From the NCBI GenBank assembly GCA_965205505.1, contig CBDBHB010000006.1, positions 128,001 through 192,000 of the forward strand: a stretch of 64,000 bases of DNA, given 5' to 3'. The translations under genes were made by a program, and so were the position numbers. The notes beneath the pieces are model-generated. The model saw only the letters and a program-made list of their open reading frames with translations. It searched no databases and was not told the DNA's origin. Within the stretch, counting starts at the first letter, position 1. Every line of letters begins with the position of its first letter. Shown here piece by piece: positions 52,494 through 62,055 of the stretch. This DNA comes from Acidobacteriota bacterium (lineage in GTDB: Bacteria > Acidobacteriota > UBA890 > WLXD01).

Positions 52494-55225
52494 CGCTTCA
52501 ACTCCTCCCGTAGGCTCGGGTCGCCGTCGTGCCGTGGCCGGGGCGCATTGGCCGGTCGCCCGTCCCCCTCCTCGTCGTCACTCGTGACCATCTGGCGCTC
52601 CAACAGCATCTCCTTTTCCTCGGCCAGCGCAGCGCGCAGTTCCATGTCGTGCCGACGATCGAAGTACACGTGGCCGTCGACGATGGTCTGCTCCACGACC
52701 GCATAGTTGCTGAGCGGGTCGCCGCTGTAGATCACCAGGTCGGCGTCCTTGCCGACCTCGATCGAGCCGACGCGGTCATCGATGCGGAGCTGGATCGCCG
52801 GGTTGAGGGTCACCAGCCGTATCGCTTCGTCACGGGTGTTGCCACCCCATTTGATCGTCTTGGCGGCCTCCAGATTGAGATGCCGCATCTCCTCACCGGA
52901 GTCGGAGTTGATCGACACCACCACGCCGCGATCGGTCATCAGCGCGGCGTTGTGCGGTATTGCCTCGTAGGCCTCGACCTTGTACGCCCACCAGTCGGAG
53001 AACGTCGAGGCGCCGGCGCCGTGCTCGGCAATCTCATCGGCCACCCGGTAGCCTTCCAGCACGTGCTGCAAGGTGGCGATGCGGAAACCGAAATCCTCGG
53101 CGGTCCGCAGCAGTTGCAGGATCTCGTCGGCGCGGTACGAGTGCGCGTGTACCAGGCGCGTGCCCTCGAGGATCTCCACTAGCGGCTCCAGCTTGAGGTC
53201 ACGACGGGGCGGGATGATGCCCTCGTCGCCGGCGGCCAGCGCCTGTTCGTAGCGGCGACCTTCGGCCTGGTACGCCTGGGCGTCGAGAAATGCCTGGCGA
53301 ATGACGTCCTGCACGCCCATGCGCGAGTTGGGGTAGCGATCCGGATCGCGATCACGCTTGGTGTTCTCACCCAGAGCGAACTTGATGCCCTCCGGCGCGC
53401 CGGCGAACATCAACCCTTGTGCGTCGGCGCCCCAGCGCAGCTTCACGACGGCATTCTGGCCGCCGATCGGGTTGGCCGAGCCATGCAGGATGTTGGCGCT
53501 GGTAACCCCACCCGCCAGCGCGCGGTAGATCGACACCTGGTCAGGGTTGATCACGTCGCGGATTCCGACCATCGCCGAGACCGAGACGCTGCCTTCGTTG
53601 ATCGATTCGGCAGCGATGTGCGAGTGGGCGTCGACGATGCCGGGAATCACCCACTTGCCGGTAGCGTCGATCACGTGGGCGCCGGTTGGCACGTCGACGT
53701 TGGTGCCGATCGATGCGATGCGTCCGTCGCGGATGAGCACCGAAGCGTTCTCGAGGGTGCCGGCTGCGCTTACCGTCATTATGGTGGCGTTGCGCACCAC
53801 GGTAACGTCGTGCTCGCTCACCGGCCCGCGGTTGCGCACCATCGGCACGGGTTCGTATGTCTCGACGTCGGCGTCGTTCTCTCCGGCATCGGCGACCGAG
53901 TCGTCGACCGGGCCGCTGTCGAAGCGCTGGCCATCGACGATGACCGTGCGGACGCGCGTGACGGCGTCGAACAGATCGCCGTCGGCGAGAGCTATGTTGG
54001 CGATCTTGCCGACCTCGATGCTTCCCAGTCGGTCGTCGACGCCGAAGATCTCGGCGGCGCCCAGGGTCAGGGCGTGTAAGGCAGCGGCCTCTGGCAGGCC
54101 GGCGCGCACCGCCAGCCGAGCGTTGTCGAGCAACTCGTCCGGATGGCTCATGTCGCCCGAGTAGAACGCGAAGCGCACTCCGGCTGCGTGAAGCGCTGCG
54201 GGCGCCGTCGGGGCGCGGTCACGATAGCGCAATACCTGAAGTGACTCCTCGGCATCGGGATCGCCGTCGGGGTCACGCTCAGGCCAATCGAGGTTGATCA
54301 GCACCGGTACGTCGGCCGCCGCCAGCGTCTCTGCCACAGCCCAGGCCTGGCGGCCTCCGTAGAGGATCGGTTGCACGCCGACGGTGCGCGCGATGCGCAG
54401 TGCGCGCTCGATCTCGCGTGCCCAATCGGCAGGTAGCAACACCGGCCAGTCATCGCGGACCGCGGCCCGCAGCGGCTCCAGCGTGCGGTCGTACGCGGGA
54501 CGCTCCATGCCCGCCGGCGAGGATTCGTAGATCGACCAGGCCTGCTCGTAGTGTTGAGCGTCGAGCAACACCTGCTTCACGTAGGCAATGATGCCCATGA
54601 TCGAGCCCGGGTAGCCTTCGAATGTACGACCTTTGTTGAAGCTCACCGGTAGCGCCACCGGCGTGGCCACGACCATGTCGTTGGGGCGTTCTCCGGCGAG
54701 GTCGATGATCGAGGCCTGCCCGGGGAACAGGCCACGTTCCGGCGCCGATACGACGGTGGTGAAGCCGGCGGCGCGCCACGCGGCGACCCGCGTGTCCTCG
54801 GTGTCCAGGTGGTCGGCCGCGCTGATCCAGGTGAACGTGGCAGGGCGATCCTCCGGGCCCCGGGCGTAGTCGTCGTCTGCGGCCTCCGGTCTGCCGCCGT
54901 TGTTGCCGCTGTCTGCCTGATCACGTAGCTCCGCCGGCAGCCCGACGGTGGATAGCGCGTCGATGAGGCCCGGGTAGGCGGTCAAGCCCGAGCCGTCGAT
55001 GCTCCAGGCTCCTACCGGTGCCGAAACTTCGGCGCCGACCGCGGCGATCAAGCCGTCCCGAACGATGATGGTGCCGCGGTCGACCACCGAGCCATCGCCC
55101 ACCACGATGCGCACGTCCGTGATCGCGAAGTGTGGTGGCGGAGCTTGGGCGACCGCGCTGTGGGCGAGAGCGACAGTACCGATGGTGAGTGCCACCGGCA
55201 GGCGCCGGGTGGGCCTGTTGAACAT
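52490..55225 (-). CDS. Exported tandem double amidohydrolase
   Basis: Domain 1 PGLIDALST (no HxH), domain 2 PGIVDAHSH; two GSIEVGK.A motifs. Confidence 0.88.
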   Translation of the reverse strand: MFNRPTRRLPVALTIGTVALAHSAVAQAPPPHFAITDVRIVVGDGSVVDRGTIIVRDGLIAAVGAEVSAPVGAWSIDGSGLTAYPGLIDALSTVGLPAELRDQADSGNNGGRPEAADDDYARGPEDRPATFTWISAADHLDTEDTRVAAWRAAGFTTVVSAPERGLFPGQASIIDLAGERPNDMVVATPVALPVSFNKGRTFEGYPGSIMGIIAYVKQVLLDAQHYEQAWSIYESSPAGMERPAYDRTLEPLRAAVRDDWPVLLPADWAREIERALRIARTVGVQPILYGGRQAWAVAETLAAADVPVLINLDWPERDPDGDPDAEESLQVLRYRDRAPTAPAALHAAGVRFAFYSGDMSHPDELLDNARLAVRAGLPEAAALHALTLGAAEIFGVDDRLGSIEVGKIANIALADGDLFDAVTRVRTVIVDGQRFDSGPVDDSVADAGENDADVETYEPVPMVRNRGPVSEHDVTVVRNATIMTVSAAGTLENASVLIRDGRIASIGTNVDVPTGAHVIDATGKWVIPGIVDAHSHIAAESINEGSVSVSAMVGIRDVINPDQVSIYRALAGGVTSANILHGSANPIGGQNAVVKLRWGADAQGLMFAGAPEGIKFALGENTKRDRDPDRYPNSRMGVQDVIRQAFLDAQAYQAEGRRYEQALAAGDEGIIPPRRDLKLEPLVEILEGTRLVHAHSYRADEILQLLRTAEDFGFRIATLQHVLEGYRVADEIAEHGAGASTFSDWWAYKVEAYEAIPHNAALMTDRGVVVSINSDSGEEMRHLNLEAAKTIKWGGNTRDEAIRLVTLNPAIQLRIDDRVGSIEVGKDADLVIYSGDPLSNYAVVEQTIVDGHVYFDRRHDMELRAALAEEKEMLLERQMVTSDDEEGDGRPANAPRPRHDGDPSLREELKR

Positions 55226-55494
55226 GGAGGAGCTCCTTCGAGACGAGGTCCAGGAAAAGGCACATAGACTATGTTGCAGGCGAACGCCGATCCACGGAGT
55301 ACCGTGCCATGTGTGCAAGTTCCTCGCTGTCGCGCGTCCCAGGCTCGAAGGCAAGTCGGAGCGTCGTGGCGGACAGGACAGTGCGACACTAGCAGGCAAC
55401 GGCCTCCTAGCCCCCGGACGTATCCATACTGAACGCCGCGCCGGTGGCCTGGTGGCCCACGGGGCGGGCCGTTGATCAAACCAGCGAGGACACC

Positions 55495-56724
55495 GTGAAG
55501 ACTTCCGCGGAACGCCCGAACCGAACCCGTCGGCACTGCGTCGCAGCCCTCGGATTGGCCTTTGCCGTCGCCACAGCGGTCCCCGGTGTTGCTCAGGAGC
55601 GCGCCGCGACGAGCCTCACCATCTACTCACAGGGCCTAGCGCTGGTACGCGCCGAGCTCGACCGGCCGCTACCCGCCGGCAACCACGCCGTTCGCATCGA
55701 CGGCCTGCCGACCAGCGTCGAGCAGGCCAGCCTCATTGTGCTCAACCCCGGCGCTGTCTTGCAGGGTGTGCGCGGCTACCGAACGTACGAGGACGGCAGC
55801 GCGGTGGGCGCTTCGTTGGTAGTCGACATCAAGCTGTCAGAGCCTGTCCAGACGCTGCGCATCGCGTACCTGGCAGGGGGCATTGACTGGTCGGCTTCCT
55901 ACACCATGCAGGTGGCTCCTGACCAGCGGTCGGCTCGCATTGACGGCTACGCCAGCATCAGCAACGGCTCGGGGGGCCGCTTTACCGACGCCGAGGTTCA
56001 ACTGCTGGCTGGCGACGTCAACGTGGCTACACCGCGGCGCCAGATCTATCGGGCAATGGAGGCCGTCGCCGTGGCGGCGGTTTCGGCCGCGCCGGAAGTG
56101 CAGGAGCAGGCATTCGCCGGCTACCACATCTATACGGTCTCCGAGTCCCTGATGATCGAACCAGGGGAGTCGCGCCGCATCCGCCTGATGGGCGACGATG
56201 CCATCGCGGTGGTGAGGGAGCATGTGTTGACCGGGGGAGTCAGCCCGCGCCAGCGACAGCCAGAGCCGCAGCCAGTTGCTGTAGGTGTTCGCTACCGGGT
56301 CGGCAGGGCGATCGAGACCGAGTTCGGTGTCGTTCCGCTGCCGGCCGGAACGGTGCGCATCTACAGCCCCGATCCCGACGGCCGGCTGCAGTTGCTCGGG
56401 TTGTCCCGGATTGGCAATACCCCGTCCGGGCAGGAGCTCCTGCTGTCGGTGGGGCGCGCCTTCGACGTCACCGCGGTGCGATCGCAGACCGGATTCCGCC
56501 GAATCGCCAACAACGAGCGCGAGTCCGACTGGAGCCTGAAGCTGAGCAACGTCTCCGACGAGGAGGTCACCGTGCAGGTGATCGAGCGGATCGGTGGTGA
56601 GTGGCGAATTCTCAGCTCCAGCCATGACCCGCAGATCATGTCGACGGCCGCGGTCCGCTTCGACGTGAGTGTGCCAGCCGGCGGTGAGACGGAACTGCTG
56701 TACAGCGTGTCCGTCCGCAACTAG
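55495..56724 (+). CDS. DUF4139-like exported protein
   Basis: LTIYSQGLALVR, YL.GGIDW.A.Y, PLPAGTVRIY and G.AFDV motifs. Confidence 0.8.
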   Translation: MKTSAERPNRTRRHCVAALGLAFAVATAVPGVAQERAATSLTIYSQGLALVRAELDRPLPAGNHAVRIDGLPTSVEQASLIVLNPGAVLQGVRGYRTYEDGSAVGASLVVDIKLSEPVQTLRIAYLAGGIDWSASYTMQVAPDQRSARIDGYASISNGSGGRFTDAEVQLLAGDVNVATPRRQIYRAMEAVAVAAVSAAPEVQEQAFAGYHIYTVSESLMIEPGESRRIRLMGDDAIAVVREHVLTGGVSPRQRQPEPQPVAVGVRYRVGRAIETEFGVVPLPAGTVRIYSPDPDGRLQLLGLSRIGNTPSGQELLLSVGRAFDVTAVRSQTGFRRIANNERESDWSLKLSNVSDEEVTVQVIERIGGEWRILSSSHDPQIMSTAAVRFDVSVPAGGETELLYSVSVRN

Positions 56725-56754
56725 TGCTCCTGATCATAAGTACGGTGACGTTTG
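56721..56754. mobile_element. Solo end of MITE family C on the DUF4139 stop codon
   Basis: 33/34 match to the reverse complement of 23882-23915. Confidence 0.85.
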
Positions 56755-56860
56755 CAGGACGACCCTCGCTTGACAGCACGCGCCGGCGCACGAGAATGAT
56801 CGGGCGACGGGTCCTCGCTCCATTGCGGATCGGTGCCCGCTCGCGTAAGTAGGAGGTCCT

Positions 56861-58507
56861 GTGGATTCCGCATTCCGCTATCGTCTGAAGCACACCCTGG
56901 TCATGTTGTTGTTGGTCGCCTGCGCCCAGGCTCTCACGGTCGCGACCGCGGTTGCGCAGCGTCCGTCGTCCGCGGTGCTCAAGGAGCAGGTGCGCGAGAT
57001 CGTCGGCTCCATGCGTAAGCAGTCGCAGGTCATCGTCGACTCGATCTTCTCGTTCGCCGAGCTCGGGTTTCAGGAACATGAGACGGCCAAGTTGGTCACC
57101 GGTCTCCTACGCGATGAGGGTTTCGATATAGAAACCGGCTGCGCGGGTATGCCGACTTGCTACGTCGCCAGCTGGGGACATGGCAAACTGGTAATCGGCC
57201 TCATGGGCGACATCGACGGGCTGCTCGAGACTTCGCAGAGGCCCGGTGTTGCCTACCATGACCCGCTGATCGAGGGCGGTCCCGGCCACGGCGAGGGACA
57301 CAACAGCGCGGCTGCAGTGGACGTGGTGGCGGCGGTGGCCATCAAGCGGGTCATGGAGGCGCACGGTCTCGAGGGCACCATCAAGGTGATTCCCGGGGTG
57401 GCCGAGGAGCTGGTGGCGTCGCGCACCTACATGGTGAACGACGGGCTGTTCGAGGGGATGGATGTGATGATCTCCCCACATATCGCCAGCACGCTCGCTG
57501 TCGGATACGGTGCCTGGGGCTCCGGCATGGTATCGACGCAGTTCACCTTCCATGGCACCTCGGCGCACGGTGCGGGCTCTCCGTGGGCTGGGCGCAGCGC
57601 GCTCGACGCCGTTGAGCTGATGAATGTCGGCTGGAACTTCCGCCGCGAGCACCTGCGACTGCACCAGCGATCACACTACATAATCCCGCATGGCGGCAAC
57701 CAGCCGAACGTCGTGCCGTCAGAAGCGAGCGTCTGGTACTACTTCCGCGAGCTGGACTACGACCGCATCAAGGAGCTACACGAGCTCGGCAGGACCATGG
57801 CGGAAGCGGCCGCCATGATGACCGGCACCACGGTTACGGAGCGTGTACTGGGCGCGGCGTGGCCGCCCAACGACAGTAAGCCGTTGGCCGAGCTGATGCA
57901 CGAAAACATCCTGGAGGTCGGTCTGCCGGAGTGGTCAGAGGCCGACCAGAACCTGGCTCGAGCCGTGCAGCGAGAGCTGGGGGTACTTGGTGAGCGCGAC
58001 TTCTTCGGCCAGCTTGCCGACGGGTTGCCGACGGAGATCACAAGCGAAGAGGCTATTGCCTTCGAACAGGGAATGGGCGGCGGGTCGGACGACATCGCCG
58101 AGGTGTCGTGGAATGTCCCGACCGTACGCCTGTGGTACCCCGGCAACATCCCCGGGACCATTGCGCACCACTGGTCGTCCTCCATCTCCATGGCGACACC
58201 GATCGCCCACGAGGGCGCCAACTACGCGGCCCGGGTCATCGCCATGACGATGATCGACTTGCTCACCGATCCCGCCAGGGTGGAAGAAGCTTGGACCTAT
58301 TTCCGCGAGGTCACCGCCAAGGACTATCAGTGGAGGTCGCTCATTCCCGAGGGCACGACACCACCTGTTCATATGAATGCCGACAAGATGGCCCGCTACC
58401 GTCCGCAACTTGAAGCGCTGCGCTACGACCCGACCCGGTTCGACACTTACCTCGAACAGCTGGGAATCGAGTACCCCACGGTCCGAGACTCCCAGCAAGA
58501 AGACTAG
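56861..58507 (+). CDS. M20 amidohydrolase (AbgB-like), paralog 1
   Basis: [30 protein letters not shown] and GGSDDI motifs; signal peptide. Confidence 0.9.
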   Translation: MDSAFRYRLKHTLVMLLLVACAQALTVATAVAQRPSSAVLKEQVREIVGSMRKQSQVIVDSIFSFAELGFQEHETAKLVTGLLRDEGFDIETGCAGMPTCYVASWGHGKLVIGLMGDIDGLLETSQRPGVAYHDPLIEGGPGHGEGHNSAAAVDVVAAVAIKRVMEAHGLEGTIKVIPGVAEELVASRTYMVNDGLFEGMDVMISPHIASTLAVGYGAWGSGMVSTQFTFHGTSAHGAGSPWAGRSALDAVELMNVGWNFRREHLRLHQRSHYIIPHGGNQPNVVPSEASVWYYFRELDYDRIKELHELGRTMAEAAAMMTGTTVTERVLGAAWPPNDSKPLAELMHENILEVGLPEWSEADQNLARAVQRELGVLGERDFFGQLADGLPTEITSEEAIAFEQGMGGGSDDIAEVSWNVPTVRLWYPGNIPGTIAHHWSSSISMATPIAHEGANYAARVIAMTMIDLLTDPARVEEAWTYFREVTAKDYQWRSLIPEGTTPPVHMNADKMARYRPQLEALRYDPTRFDTYLEQLGIEYPTVRDSQQED

Positions 58508-58530
58508 ACATACTGATTCGGAGGAAACCC

Positions 58531-60156
58531 ATGCCCCGTATTCACTCTCCTCGTTCACTTCGGCGCCTTGCTGCCGCCGTCGGCGCGCTGTCGATCGGCT
58601 TCTTGGGCGTCGGCGCCTTGTCGGCTCAGCAGCAGCCTTCCGCCGAAGCGCTGAAGGAAGAGGCGCGCGAGATCGTTGGCTCCATGCGCAAGCAATCGCA
58701 GGTCATGGTCGACTCGATCTTTTCGTTCGCCGAGCTCGGCTTCCAGGAGCACCAGACGGCCGCGTATATCACCGGGACGTTGCGCGACGAGGGATTCGAC
58801 ATCCAGATGGGATGCGCCGGCATGCCCACCTGTTACGTCGCCAGTTGGGGCGAGGGCAAGCCGGTGATCGGCATCATGGGCGATATCGACGGCCTGCCGG
58901 AGACCTCACAGAAGCCCGGCGTCGCGTACCACGATCCGCTGATCGAGGGCGGGCCGGGACACGGGGAGGGTCACAACAGCGCCGGTGCGGTCGACACGAT
59001 CGCCGCCATCGCCATCAAACGGGTGATGGAAGCTCACGGCCTTCAAGGCACGATCAAAGTGATCCCCGGGGTTGCCGAGGAGCTCGTGTCGTCGCGCACC
59101 TATATGGTCAACGACGGGCTCTTCGCCGATATGGACGTCATGCTGTCGACTCACATCAGCGACAACATGAGCGCCCGCTGGGGGATCTCCGGCTCGGGGC
59201 TGGTATCGACGCAGTTCACCTTCCACGGCACGTCGGCGCACGGCGCCGGCTCTCCGTGGGCAGGGCGCAGCGCCCTCGACGCGGTGGAGCTGATGAACGT
59301 CGGCTGGAACTTCCGCCGCGAGCATCTGCGTCTGCACCAACGGTCACACTACATGATCCCACACGGTGGCAATCAGCCGAACGTCGTGCCGTCGGAGGCG
59401 AGCGTCTGGTACTACTTCCGCGAGCTCGACTATGACCGCATCAGGGAGCTCCACGAGCTCGGCCAGACGATGGCGGAAGCGGCCGCTATGATGACCAGCA
59501 CCTCGGTCACCGAGCGCGTCTTCGGAGCGGCCTGGCCCTCCAACATGAGCAAGCCGCTCGCCGAGCTCATGCATGCCAACATCCTGGAGGTGGGGCTGCC
59601 CGAGTGGAGTGAAGCGGACCAGCAGCTCGCCCGCGCGTTGCAGCGTGAGCTCGGAAGCGACGAGATCGAGGGGTTGCCCACCGAGCTGAGTAGTACGGAG
59701 CTGGAGGAATCGGATCAGGGCATGGGGGGTGGCTCGGATGACATCGCCGAGGTTTCGTGGAACCTGCCCACGATTCGATTGCGCTATCCCGGCAACATTC
59801 CCGGGCGCACCGGACACCACTGGTCGTCGGGCATCGCCATGGCGACACCGATCGCCCACAAGGGCGCCAACTACGCTTCCCGTGTGATCGCCATGACGGC
59901 GATCGACCTTTTCGTCAACCCTGAGAAGGTCGAAGAAGCGTGGAAGTATCACCGCGAGGTGACTATCAAGGATCGTCAGTGGGAGTCACTCGTCCCCGAG
60001 GGGACCGCGCCGCCGATCTTTCTCAACGCCGAGAAGATGGAACGCTACCGTTCGCGGCTCGACGAGCTGCGCTACGACCCGGCACGCTTCGACACCTATC
60101 TCGAACAGCTCGGCATCGACTATCCGACGGTGCGTGAAGCCGACGAGCGCGAATGA
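58531..60156 (+). CDS. M20 amidohydrolase (AbgB-like), paralog 2
   Basis: Same motifs; long stretches identical to paralog 1. Confidence 0.9.
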   Translation: MPRIHSPRSLRRLAAAVGALSIGFLGVGALSAQQQPSAEALKEEAREIVGSMRKQSQVMVDSIFSFAELGFQEHQTAAYITGTLRDEGFDIQMGCAGMPTCYVASWGEGKPVIGIMGDIDGLPETSQKPGVAYHDPLIEGGPGHGEGHNSAGAVDTIAAIAIKRVMEAHGLQGTIKVIPGVAEELVSSRTYMVNDGLFADMDVMLSTHISDNMSARWGISGSGLVSTQFTFHGTSAHGAGSPWAGRSALDAVELMNVGWNFRREHLRLHQRSHYMIPHGGNQPNVVPSEASVWYYFRELDYDRIRELHELGQTMAEAAAMMTSTSVTERVFGAAWPSNMSKPLAELMHANILEVGLPEWSEADQQLARALQRELGSDEIEGLPTELSSTELEESDQGMGGGSDDIAEVSWNLPTIRLRYPGNIPGRTGHHWSSGIAMATPIAHKGANYASRVIAMTAIDLFVNPEKVEEAWKYHREVTIKDRQWESLVPEGTAPPIFLNAEKMERYRSRLDELRYDPARFDTYLEQLGIDYPTVREADERE

Positions 60157-61154
60157 GCGTCGACCTGCGGCATCGCAGCTTCGTCAAGCTGCTCGACTTC
60201 AGCCCCGAGGAGATCGGCTATCTGCTCGATCTGTCGGCCGAGCTCAAGGCGGCGAAGCAGGCGCACACCGAGCGGCCTTCGCTGGTCGGCAAGAACATCG
60301 CGCTGATCTTCGAGAAGTCCTCGACGCGGACCCGCTGTGCCTTCGAGGTGGCGGCGTACGATCAGGGAGCCCATACCACCTACCTGGGGCCGAGCGGCTC
60401 CCAGATCGGTCACAAGGAGACGATGAAGGACACCGCCCGGGTGCTCGGTCGCATGTATGACGGCATTGAGTACCGCGGCTTCAAGCAGGCGACCTGCGAA
60501 GAGCTCGCCGAGCATGCCGGCGTGCCAGTTTGGAACGGGCTGACTGACGAGTTTCATCCCACGCAGATGCTCGGCGACGTGCTCACCATGACCGAGCACA
60601 GCGACAAGCCCCGCAACGAGATCGCGTACTGTTACCTGGGCGATGCGCGCAACAACATGGGCAACTCGCTGCTCGTGGTCGGCGCAAAGCTGGGCATGGA
60701 TGTGCGCATCGCCGCGCCAGAGAGCCTTTGGCCCGATGGGGGGCTGCGGTCCACCTGCGAGGCCATCGCCTCAGAGACCGGCGCGCGGCTGACCTTCACC
60801 GAAAGTGTTGCCGACGGCGTGGCGGGGGTCGATTTCGTCCATACCGACGTCTGGGTGTCGATGGGCGAGCCGGACGAGGTTTGGCAGCAGCGCATCGAGC
60901 TGCTGCGCCCCTACCAAGTCAACGGTGAGGTGATGCGTTTGACTGGCAACCCCGACGCCCGCCTCATGCATTGCTTGCCGGCGTTCCATAATCGCGGCAC
61001 CAAGGTCGGCGAGGAGGTCTTTCAGAAGTTCGGCCTCGACGGCATCGAGGTTACCGACGAGGTCTTCGAATCGCCGGCCGCGGTCGTCTTCCCCCAGGCT
61101 GAGAACCGCATGCACACCATCAAGGCGGTGATGGTGGCGACGCTGGGCGGTTGA
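60153..61154 (+). CDS. argF: Ornithine carbamoyltransferase
   Basis: SSTRTR, HPTQ, DVWVSMG and HCLP motifs; anabolic versus catabolic role not resolved. Confidence 0.93.
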   Translation: MSVDLRHRSFVKLLDFSPEEIGYLLDLSAELKAAKQAHTERPSLVGKNIALIFEKSSTRTRCAFEVAAYDQGAHTTYLGPSGSQIGHKETMKDTARVLGRMYDGIEYRGFKQATCEELAEHAGVPVWNGLTDEFHPTQMLGDVLTMTEHSDKPRNEIAYCYLGDARNNMGNSLLVVGAKLGMDVRIAAPESLWPDGGLRSTCEAIASETGARLTFTESVADGVAGVDFVHTDVWVSMGEPDEVWQQRIELLRPYQVNGEVMRLTGNPDARLMHCLPAFHNRGTKVGEEVFQKFGLDGIEVTDEVFESPAAVVFPQAENRMHTIKAVMVATLGG

Positions 61155-61214
61155 TCCCGGATGGCGCCGTCGTCTGAACAGACACGGGTACCACAACGAA
61201 CAAGGAGAGCTCGG

Positions 61215-61518
61215 ATGGCTGCCTACATGATCGGATTCGGGCGTATCGATGACCCGGAGCGCTTCGGCAAGTACCTGGAGGCAGTCCCGGCAACGGTGAT
61301 GAGCTTCGGAGGGGAGGTCCTCGGAATCGAGGATCCGGCCGAGGTGCTCGAGGGCACCGCGCCCTACCCGCGGGTCGTGTTGTTGCGCTTCCCGTCGAAG
61401 GAGGACGCGCGGGCGTGGAAGAGCTCGCCGGAGTACCAGGACATCGTGGAGCACCGGCTCGCTTCATCCGGAGCACGTGCTTTATCTCGTGGACGAGTTC
61501 GTGATGCCGACCGACTGA
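61215..61518 (+). pseudogene. DUF1330 protein, probable +1 frameshift near 61469
   Basis: F..Y...V..GG..LEG..RVVLLRFPS.E.A.AW..SPEYQ; the shifted frame gives the expected tail EHVLYLVDEF..*. Confidence 0.65.
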
Positions 61519-61522
61519 GCTC

Positions 61523-61550
61523 CTAGCAGGCCTGCTAGCACCCCTGCTAG
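61523..61550. repeat. CTAGCAGGCCTGCTAG palindrome plus CCTGCTAG, probable collapsed MITE ends
   Basis: Three CTAG within 28 bp; GGCCTGCTAG recurs at 61949-61958. Confidence 0.5.
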
Positions 61551-61948
61551 ACGTCGAGAGTCCGCAGCGGCCGCACTTGCTGGATGCGCTCGAAGTCGGC
61601 ATCGTCGTGTAGCAGAATGCCATCGGCGTCGAGCACCTGCTGCGCGATGAAGCAGTCGACGGCCGAGCGGGGGGTGACGCCGGCCCTGCGGCAGTCGAAG
61701 TAGATCCGCGCCGCGTCGCGGTGCGTGTCCCATCCGCGACGCGCGGTGAGCGTGCGCTGGGTCGAAACGTAGAGGTCGAGCAGCTGCCACTCGGTTTCGT
61801 CGGACGCTCCCTGCAGCAACTCCTGACAGCAAACCTCAGGGATCCAGTATGGAGTGCCGCGGGACTCCATCTGTTGCATAGCGAGAACGGCGGGGCGTTG
61901 GTCATTCATAACGTAGGCGATCAACACTGATGTGTCGATGACGATCAC
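61547..61948 (-). CDS. vapC: PIN-domain VapC-like ribonuclease with no adjacent antitoxin
   Basis: IDTSVLI, ELLQG, DCFIA and LLHDDADF acidic PIN motifs. Confidence 0.9.
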   Translation of the reverse strand: MIVIDTSVLIAYVMNDQRPAVLAMQQMESRGTPYWIPEVCCQELLQGASDETEWQLLDLYVSTQRTLTARRGWDTHRDAARIYFDCRRAGVTPRSAVDCFIAQQVLDADGILLHDDADFERIQQVRPLRTLDV

Positions 61949-62055
61949 GGCCTGCTAGATGAGATGAGAAGGCCAACCTCCTGAACGCAGTAGCCTGACG
62001 GCTCTGCAAACGTTTCTTCAAACGTAACGGGCTCGAAGCCCAAGGAGGTTGGCCG

